DNA from: an uncultured candidate division Zixibacteria bacterium | GTDB lineage: Bacteria > Zixibacteria > MSB-5A5 > GN15 > FEB-12 | Direction of reading: 5' to 3' | Assembly (NCBI GenBank): GCA_963735035.1 | Contig: CAVTJJ010000005.1 | Location: forward strand, 45,193-109,192 | Length of the DNA stretch: 64,000 bases | Shown: piece by piece, positions 57,857 to 64,000 of the stretch | Layout of the letters: each line of letters starts with the position of its first letter | How positions within the stretch are numbered: the first letter of the stretch is position 1 | Notes under the pieces: model-generated | What the model was told of the DNA's origin: nothing | Database searches by the model: none | The model's input: the letters and a program-made list of their open reading frames with translations, nothing else | Translations under genes and position numbers: made by a program

Positions 57857-58159
57857 GTGACAAGATCAATGGAGAGAGTGATCGGTTATTTGGGAACTTC
57901 CAGAGGGACGTTTCTTGTCTACTGGATCGGAGTTGTCCCGTGGCTAGTACCGCTACTTGCGAGTCTGTACAGTCTCGGATTCCTTCTGATTGGACTTGTG
58001 ATAGTGCAGTTCACAGGTTACGCAAAATCCGTCGATGGTCCTCTGCGTATCGTAGTGCTATCTGTCTGTTTCGGACTTGCCATTGTTACTGTTATAGCGA
58101 TGTGGCAACCCTTCCGAAACAAAGTACAGAAACCAGAAAAGACCCACGAATCTCATTAG
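57857..58159 (+). CDS. Hypothetical small membrane protein
   Basis: Two to three TM segments, AAGGA RBS and an upstream promoter. Confidence 0.62.
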   Translation: MTRSMERVIGYLGTSRGTFLVYWIGVVPWLVPLLASLYSLGFLLIGLVIVQFTGYAKSVDGPLRIVVLSVCFGLAIVTVIAMWQPFRNKVQKPEKTHESH

Positions 58160-58186
58160 GTCCAGCTCCCCTTTTTCTCAACGTTT

Positions 58187-60487
58187 CTAGTTAATCACCA
58201 GCAGCTTGCCCTGGGCGTTTTCGCCCGCCAGATACCAAAGATAAGTACCCGATGATACCCGATTGCCCGATTCGTTGGTGCCGTCCCAGACCACGTCCAG
58301 ACCGCTCAGGTTGTTCCAGCGACGGACCACCGAGCCGGACACCGACAACAGAAGTAACTCACCACCAACCGGAAGATCCGTGAAAGTCGCGGCATCAACC
58401 TGGGCGAAGCGGACCGGATTCGGATAGGCGTGGGCGAAAGGCTCAACGGAAAAGGTAGAGACTTCGCTGTAACCGTCGGTGTTGGTCGCTACCCGCCAGA
58501 AGTACTCCTGATCGGCTTCGAGGGGGGCATCTACTTTCCACGATGTATAACTACCCACCTCTTGGTTGACCACACCGCCGGCAACCAACCCGAAGAAATT
58601 CGAGTCGGTTGCCAGTTCGAACCGGTACACATTCTCAGGTGACGGATCGGCATTCTCTACTACGAGTACCGGCTGGGCGGTGGGAAGGACAGCCAGAGGG
58701 GCAGGGGACGAAGGGTGAGCCAGATTCCCGTTGGCGAGAACGAAGATGAATTTGGCTTCGCACGACGGCACGTTGGACAATGACGACGGATTAGCGCCGT
58801 CGTCATACGCTTTGATACCCACATAATAGGTCTGACCCGGCACCAGCGAAGTGAGCCTCGTGCTCTGGGCGGTGCCGGAAGGCATAGGGTTTGGGGGTGT
58901 ACTCCATACGATGCCCGAACTCCAGTTAGCGGCGTTGATTTGCGACGCTGAGTAACGAATCTCGTAGGCCAGCGCCTGACCGGCGGCGCCATCGTCACCG
59001 GTAGCGGTCCAGGTCAGATTGATTTCGCCGTTGGCTGAGCCGGGAGCGGCGGCCAGGTCATTGATCGCCGAAGGCGGCGTGTTGTCCTGCGAAGTAATGT
59101 TGTTCGCGATGTTCGATATGGCCGACCAGTTGGTGCGTTCATCCGCGGTCTTCATCGCAAAGTAATAGCGGGTGTTGGTGGCCAAACCGGCTACCAGCAG
59201 AGACTCAGGTGAACCCGATGCTTTAGGCAGCGGCTCGTTGGTAATCTGAGTCGCCGACGCAAAGTTCGCCGCGGTAATGTTCGAAGTCGAGTAACGGATA
59301 TCGTACTGCGTGGCCGTACCGGTAGCGCCATCGTCACCCGGAGCCGTCCACAGCAAGGTCAACGAAGTTACAGTCGGCAGCACGACGTTCAGGGTGGCTA
59401 CGGCAGCCGGAGCCGTGGCGTCGTTGGACGTGGCCGTTGTGGCACTGTTTGAGATGGCCGACCAGTTGGGGACTTCGTCGGCGGTCTTCACCGCGAAGAA
59501 ATAGGTCGTGCCGGAATTCAAGCCGGTCACTACGTAGCTCTGCAGACTGCCGGGAGCCAGCGGAGCCGGCGGCGTGGCCACTGCAGTAGCAGCGCTGAAA
59601 TTGGCTTCAGTAATGAAAGCGGTCGAATAACGAATCGAATACTGCGAAGCTGTACCAATGTTGCCGTCGTCACCCGGAGCGGTCCAGCTAAGCTCAATCG
59701 AATGCTCGGTCGGCGTTCCGGCGCCCAGGTTGGCGATAGCCGACGGCGGCGTGGTCTCGGCGGACGTCGCTCTGCTGGCGACGTTGGACAACGCCGACCA
59801 GTTCGGGACTTCGTCAGCAGTCATTACGGCAAAATAATAAGTGGTGCCGGAATTCAGACCGTTGACCACAAAGCTTTCGGCACCACCAGCCGCTTTCGGG
59901 GCCGGTTCGCCGGTAGCCTGAGTCGCCGAGGCCCAGTTGCCCGTAGTAATGGTCGCGGTTGAATAGCGGATGTCATACTGGGCGGCCGTACCGGTAGAAC
60001 CGTCGTCGCCAGGAGCGGTCCAGTTGAGGGTCACTGAGGCCGCGGTCGAACTCGGAGCGCTCAGGTTGGCGATGGCCGCCGGAGGCGTAGTCTCGGCCAG
60101 AGTGGTTTTCAGAACCACGTTGGAAAGCCCCGACCAGTTGGGCACTTCGTCAGCCGCCTTGATTGCAAAATAATATGAAGTGCTTGGCTGAAGACCGGTT
60201 ACTTCCATTGTTTGCGCTGTCCCTGCCGCCCCCGGAGTAGGTTCTCCCGTGACTTGAGCAGCCGAAGCCCAGTTGGCCTCGGTGATCGTGGCGGATGAGT
60301 ACCTTATATCATATTGCGACGCAGTACCGACACCGGCATCGTCGCCGGGAGCGCTCCAGTTCAAGGTAACGGATGTGGGAGTGGCCTCAGCCGCTTCCAA
60401 TGACGCCATGCTCAAGGTCGGCATGAGCAGGAGGCCAAGTACTGCCGTTATCAGATTTCCTATTTTTCGAGCCCCACCAGAAAGCAT
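58187..60487 (-). CDS. Secreted fibronectin type III repeat protein with FlgD-Ig/T9SS-like C-terminal domain
   Basis: Five ~110-aa repeats 'W(T/S)APGDDG..GTA.QYDIRYS...IT.AN(W/F)..YYFA.KTADE.PNWS.(L/I)SN'. C-terminus 'AYPNP..WDGTNESGNRVSSGTY..KLLVIN'. RBS AAGGAG. Confidence 0.92.
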   Translation of the reverse strand: MLSGGARKIGNLITAVLGLLLMPTLSMASLEAAEATPTSVTLNWSAPGDDAGVGTASQYDIRYSSATITEANWASAAQVTGEPTPGAAGTAQTMEVTGLQPSTSYYFAIKAADEVPNWSGLSNVVLKTTLAETTPPAAIANLSAPSSTAASVTLNWTAPGDDGSTGTAAQYDIRYSTATITTGNWASATQATGEPAPKAAGGAESFVVNGLNSGTTYYFAVMTADEVPNWSALSNVASRATSAETTPPSAIANLGAGTPTEHSIELSWTAPGDDGNIGTASQYSIRYSTAFITEANFSAATAVATPPAPLAPGSLQSYVVTGLNSGTTYFFAVKTADEVPNWSAISNSATTATSNDATAPAAVATLNVVLPTVTSLTLLWTAPGDDGATGTATQYDIRYSTSNITAANFASATQITNEPLPKASGSPESLLVAGLATNTRYYFAMKTADERTNWSAISNIANNITSQDNTPPSAINDLAAAPGSANGEINLTWTATGDDGAAGQALAYEIRYSASQINAANWSSGIVWSTPPNPMPSGTAQSTRLTSLVPGQTYYVGIKAYDDGANPSSLSNVPSCEAKFIFVLANGNLAHPSSPAPLAVLPTAQPVLVVENADPSPENVYRFELATDSNFFGLVAGGVVNQEVGSYTSWKVDAPLEADQEYFWRVATNTDGYSEVSTFSVEPFAHAYPNPVRFAQVDAATFTDLPVGGELLLLSVSGSVVRRWNNLSGLDVVWDGTNESGNRVSSGTYLWYLAGENAQGKLLVIN

Positions 60488-60739
60488 ATATCGAATTCTC
60501 CTTCCAATGCGTGTAACTAGCGTGTCACCGGGCGGAGTAAGTCAAATGGCGAGCCAAAATGAAACAGTACTTCGGGTCGTGTAATACCAAGCACTTACGG
60601 GCGGGGAGAGAAGATGATATTAGGACTAACCCCCCCAGCTGTGTTCCTCCCTGAAACAGACTGATTGGAATTTGAACAGGCTTTGCAGTTCAGAGCGAGG
60701 CGAAAAGTTCGGGAGTGGAAAGACGAACGTTGTTGATAC

Positions 60740-60895
60740 GAGCCGGCAGATGTGGGCATCTGCCGGGCATGTTACCCGCCAGGTGGCCCACCCGCTCGTC
60801 AGGTGGGTTTCTTTCGATCTCAAGGTTGCGTTTCGGCGGCTTGATGCACAACCGCCCTACAACCCTTGGGTGCCCGGTCAAGCCGGGGCAAGACG
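60740..60895. repeat. REP cluster
   Basis: CCGGCAGATGTGGGCATCTGCCGG, CCGCCCTACAA and a GCCCGGTCAAGCCGGGGCAAGAC variant. Confidence 0.72.
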
Positions 60896-60966
60896 GGTGG
60901 GGGAAATTTCAAATCCGGTCACTGTGCGGGCCGAGGCGGACCAGGCACGTGAACGAGAGGCAAGAA

Positions 60967-61536
60967 TTACTTCAGAGTCTTGCCGAGGCGATACCCCCGA
61001 CCCAATGCCGGGCCGATCCCGAAATATTGCTGAACTGTCGGAGCGTACACTATCGGGCGGATCTTTTCGATGTCTGGATTGCCGTCGTCGTTCAGCTTGT
61101 CGTCATCGACTTTGACGTCAACGATCTCGCCTACAAACTGAGTGTGGACGCCCAGATCGAAATGATGGATCAAACGACATTCGACAATCATGGGGAATTC
61201 TTCGATATACGGGGCGTCAACCAGGTCGCTGCGTGCAGGGGTGAGACCGCTCTCACGGAACTTGTCCGTATCTCTGCCTGAGGCGATACCAAAATAGTCG
61301 GTTTCACTGGCATACTTCTCGGACGGCACACAAACGGTGAACGCTTTGCGATCGAGCAGGCATTGATAAGAATATCGCGACTTGCGCACCGATACGCCCA
61401 GAGCCGGTGGTTCCGAACAGACTACTCCCGCCCAGGCCGCGGTCATGCCGGTAGCCTTGCCTTGAGAATCGTAAGTACAAACCACCCAGGCCGGGGTGGG
61501 GAAGATGATCGTTTTGGCGCCCAAAGATTTCTTCAT
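60967..61536 (-). CDS. Flavin reductase-like (flavoredoxin-type) protein
   Basis: 'MKKSLGAK', 'MTAAWAG', 'GIASGRDTDKF', 'APYIEEFP', 'HTQFVGEI'. ATGA overlap with the upstream gene. Confidence 0.9.
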   Translation of the reverse strand: MKKSLGAKTIIFPTPAWVVCTYDSQGKATGMTAAWAGVVCSEPPALGVSVRKSRYSYQCLLDRKAFTVCVPSEKYASETDYFGIASGRDTDKFRESGLTPARSDLVDAPYIEEFPMIVECRLIHHFDLGVHTQFVGEIVDVKVDDDKLNDDGNPDIEKIRPIVYAPTVQQYFGIGPALGRGYRLGKTLK

Positions 61537-61904
61537 TTCAAGGGGTCCTTTTCGCGGGTTTCCTCGATTACTGATTCGCCGACCAGCTCGGTGTCTGGTC
61601 CGAGCGTTGTTTGCCACTTCTCATGCAGACGGTAACGACCATCAGGGAGAACTTCCGGAGTCGATAGACAGGTTCCCGCCACAAGCTGGCCATCGATGTT
61701 GAGATACTGCCAGACCAGGTCGAAACGCTTGTCAGGAAGAACGTGTCCGAGAATCTGCCCGTGACGGATTCGACCGCCTTCATATCGCCCCAAAACGAGG
61801 TCGCCGATCTGATCGTAATGGAAGACCGTGTTCTGGTTGGCATCGCCGGAGTCATAATTGACAACTCCAACGAAACGTTTATTGTGCAGATCGAGTTTCT
61901 TCAT
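61533..61904 (-). CDS. Small beta-barrel hypothetical protein (family often auto-annotated as N-acetylglutamate synthase)
   Basis: 'TVFHY.Q', 'YEGG.I..G', 'STPEVLPDGR.RL.E.W', 'GESVIEE'. Confidence 0.72.
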   Translation of the reverse strand: MKKLDLHNKRFVGVVNYDSGDANQNTVFHYDQIGDLVLGRYEGGRIRHGQILGHVLPDKRFDLVWQYLNIDGQLVAGTCLSTPEVLPDGRYRLHEKWQTTLGPDTELVGESVIEETREKDPLK

Positions 61905-61941
61905 AGTCGCTCAATGAGATAGATTGACAATTGTCAGTCCG

Positions 61942-62280
61942 CTAGACCGATACGACGGTATCCGAAGTCATCAAGGTTGAAGCGATTTCGGTCATATCGC
62001 TGACTCGTCCTACCACGATCTTGTTAGCCAGATCATAATAGGCCACACAGGTCCCGCAGGCAATCAGATCGACACCGGCGTCATGAAGACCGGACAGAGC
62101 ATCCAACACCGGGGAGCCTTCAGCCATCAGACGAACGCCTGAATTGTAGAAGATCATGCGGGTCGGTTTGTTGTCCAGCGCCCAGATTTTTCGCAGGAAG
62201 TTGCCCATAAGCTGGCCGCCCAGATTGTCATCGCCGCGACCCAGAAATTGGCCGTTAATAATCAGTGTTCTGCCGGTCAT
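61942..62280 (-). CDS. DsrE/YedF-like sulfurtransferase-family protein
   Basis: 'LGRGDDNLG..LM..FL', 'IFYNSGV', 'ACGTC..YY', 'VGRVSDM'. Confidence 0.85.
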   Translation of the reverse strand: MTGRTLIINGQFLGRGDDNLGGQLMGNFLRKIWALDNKPTRMIFYNSGVRLMAEGSPVLDALSGLHDAGVDLIACGTCVAYYDLANKIVVGRVSDMTEIASTLMTSDTVVSV

Positions 62281-62513
62281 TCCATCCTCAACGGTGCAAA
62301 GTCGTCAATCTTTTGACCGCCAATCTAAGAGAATTCCGGCCATGAGACCAGCTTTCAATGAAGACAATTTCACCCACCGGCCGTCGCTTCCGGAACCACG
62401 GGGTGACATCAAGTGTTATGCGGTACATGCCGAAAGGATAGTCTATCAGCCGAGTCGGCCGCGCTAATACATGAAAGTTGCCGCTTAGAACGCAGACAAG
62501 CCCGGAGATTCTT

Positions 62514-63428
62514 ATGAGATTCAATAGTATTGTGGAAGCGATTGGTAGGACGCCACTTGTGCGTCTGAATCGTATGCCGGAAAAAGGTTCCGCGACGATC
62601 TACGCCAAACTCGAGAGTTTCAATCCCGGTAGTTCAGTCAAAGATCGTATTGCCGCATCCATGATACAGGCCGCTGAGGCGGACGGTCGCTTGAAACACG
62701 GCATTACGATAGTTGAGCCGACCTCGGGCAACACCGGGATCGGACTGGCAATGGTGGCCGCTGCTAAGGGTTACCGCTGTGTTTTCACCATGCCTGAAAC
62801 GATGAGTGTTGAAAGACGGGCGATCCTCAAAGCCTTCGGCGCTGAACTCGTGCTGACCCCCGGCTCGGAAGGGATGAAAGGGGCTATCAAGCGGGCCGAA
62901 GATCTGTCACATACACCGGGCTACTTCATGCCTTCTCAATTCGACAATCCGGCCAATCCTGAAATTCATCGGAAGGCAACCGGTGTGGAAATTGCCAATG
63001 ACTTGGGGGAGATCCACCTCGATGCTTTCGTGGTTGGGGTCGGAACTGGTGGAACGGTAACCGGTGCCGGACAGACGCTGAAAGAGAAATACCGCTGTCT
63101 GGTGGTTGCAGTTGAGCCGGACGCATCACCAGTGCTTTCCGGCGGTCAGCCGGGACCTCATCCGATTCAAGGCCTCGGAGCCGGTTTCGTGCCCAAGAAT
63201 TACGACCCAAAAGTAGTGGATAAGATCATTCGAGTACAAAATGCCGACGCTCTGGCGACCGGACGCCGGCTGGCCCGTGAAGAAGGGATTCTCTCAGGAA
63301 TCTCCTGCGGCGCCAACACCTGGGCGGCTTTGCAGGTGGCCAAGCAATTGGGAGCAGGCAAGACAGTGGTTGTAGTCCTGCCCGACTCAGGCGAGCGGTA
63401 CCTTTCCACGGCTTTGTTTGCGGAGTAG
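62514..63428 (+). CDS. cysK: Cysteine synthase A
   Basis: PLP Lys in 'NPGSSVKDR', 'EPTSGNTG', 'QFDNPAN', 'GVGTGGT', 'HPIQGLGAG', 'ERYLST'. Confidence 0.96.
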   Translation: MRFNSIVEAIGRTPLVRLNRMPEKGSATIYAKLESFNPGSSVKDRIAASMIQAAEADGRLKHGITIVEPTSGNTGIGLAMVAAAKGYRCVFTMPETMSVERRAILKAFGAELVLTPGSEGMKGAIKRAEDLSHTPGYFMPSQFDNPANPEIHRKATGVEIANDLGEIHLDAFVVGVGTGGTVTGAGQTLKEKYRCLVVAVEPDASPVLSGGQPGPHPIQGLGAGFVPKNYDPKVVDKIIRVQNADALATGRRLAREEGILSGISCGANTWAALQVAKQLGAGKTVVVVLPDSGERYLSTALFAE

Positions 63429-63460
63429 CAATAGGGCGAACTTGCCGATATGCATTTAGT

Positions 63461-64000
63461 ATGATAGCTATCGTTGAAGACATCAAAGCGATCTACCGCA
63501 ATGATCCCGCCAGCCGGAACATCGAGTTCCTACTCTATGCCGGTTTTCAGGCGATTACTTTGCACCGCATCATTCATCTTCTTTGGAATTTGAAGATTCC
63601 TTTCATACCGCGTATGCTATCGCAGTTCAGTCGCTTTCTCACCGGGCTCGAAATTCACCCCGGGGCGAAAATCGGCAAAGGTTATTTCTGCGACCACGGC
63701 ATGGGCGTGGTGATAGGTGAGACCACGCAGATAGGTGCCAACTGCGTCATGTTTCATAACGTCACTCTTGGCGGAACCGGTAAACATATCGGTAAACGTC
63801 ACCCGACCATTGGCAACAATGTTCTGATAGGCACCGGAGCTACTCTGCTTGGGCCAATTACAGTCGGCGACAACGTAAGAATCGGCGCCAACAGTTTCGT
63901 AGTTATGAGAGACATCCCCTCCAATTGCACGGTCGCCGGTTCGCCCGCGACTATCACTCGCCGCAACGGCGACTACTGTCACGAAGAACTCCCCATGACC
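63461..64000 (+). CDS. cysE: Serine O-acetyltransferase (runs off the window end)
   Basis: Translation from ATG 63461 gives 'NDPA', 'TGLEIHPGAKIG', 'DHGMGVVIGET', 'VTLGGTG', 'KRHPTIG'. Open to base 64000. Confidence 0.95.
   Translation, partial: MIAIVEDIKAIYRNDPASRNIEFLLYAGFQAITLHRIIHLLWNLKIPFIPRMLSQFSRFLTGLEIHPGAKIGKGYFCDHGMGVVIGETTQIGANCVMFHNVTLGGTGKHIGKRHPTIGNNVLIGTGATLLGPITVGDNVRIGANSFVVMRDIPSNCTVAGSPATITRRNGDYCHEELPMT

Noticed and set aside
61533..61904. True N-acetylglutamate synthase
   Set aside because: Only 123 aa, with no GNAT acetyl-CoA motif or kinase-like domain.
62438..62462. Rrf2 (IscR/CymR-like) operator upstream of cysK
   Set aside because: Only a loose resemblance (ATAGTCTATCAGCCGAGTCGGC), poor symmetry and no regulator gene nearby.

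Overview
Bacterial chromosomal window with no rRNA, CRISPR array, prophage or reverse transcriptase. The gene mix (FlgD/T9SS-like C-terminal-domain surface proteins, GlnRS, single-RRM proteins, S46/M16/M28 peptidases, a Gld-like ABC system) resembles FCB-related lineages such as Zixibacteria, but that is inference only. It holds about 50 CDSs (glnS, corA, hypA, ndh, umuDC plus SRAP, an ECF sigma/anti-sigma pair, comF-xerD-GGDEF, a GT4 fusion plus GH130, PPi-type pfk, ccmCD, cysK-cysE), tRNA-Leu(TAA), tRNA-Thr(CGT) and one IS30-family element. Intergenic DNA is very rich in several families of REP/REPIN/MITE-like palindromes. Four genes carry isolated frameshifts, most likely assembly errors. 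The best candidates for undescribed biology are: (1) a conserved, apparently covarying 5' leader shared by all three RRM genes; (2) a stand-alone DUF262 + HEPN-like gene next to tRNA-Thr with a perfect sigma70 promoter and a leaderless, translationally coupled 37-codon uORF (candidate defence module); (3) an IS30 inserted in a REP hairpin whose transposase takes its stop codon from the target; (4) nested, modular palindromic elements and a gene bracketed by 71-bp direct repeats. All functional calls come from reading motifs by eye; no database searches were run.
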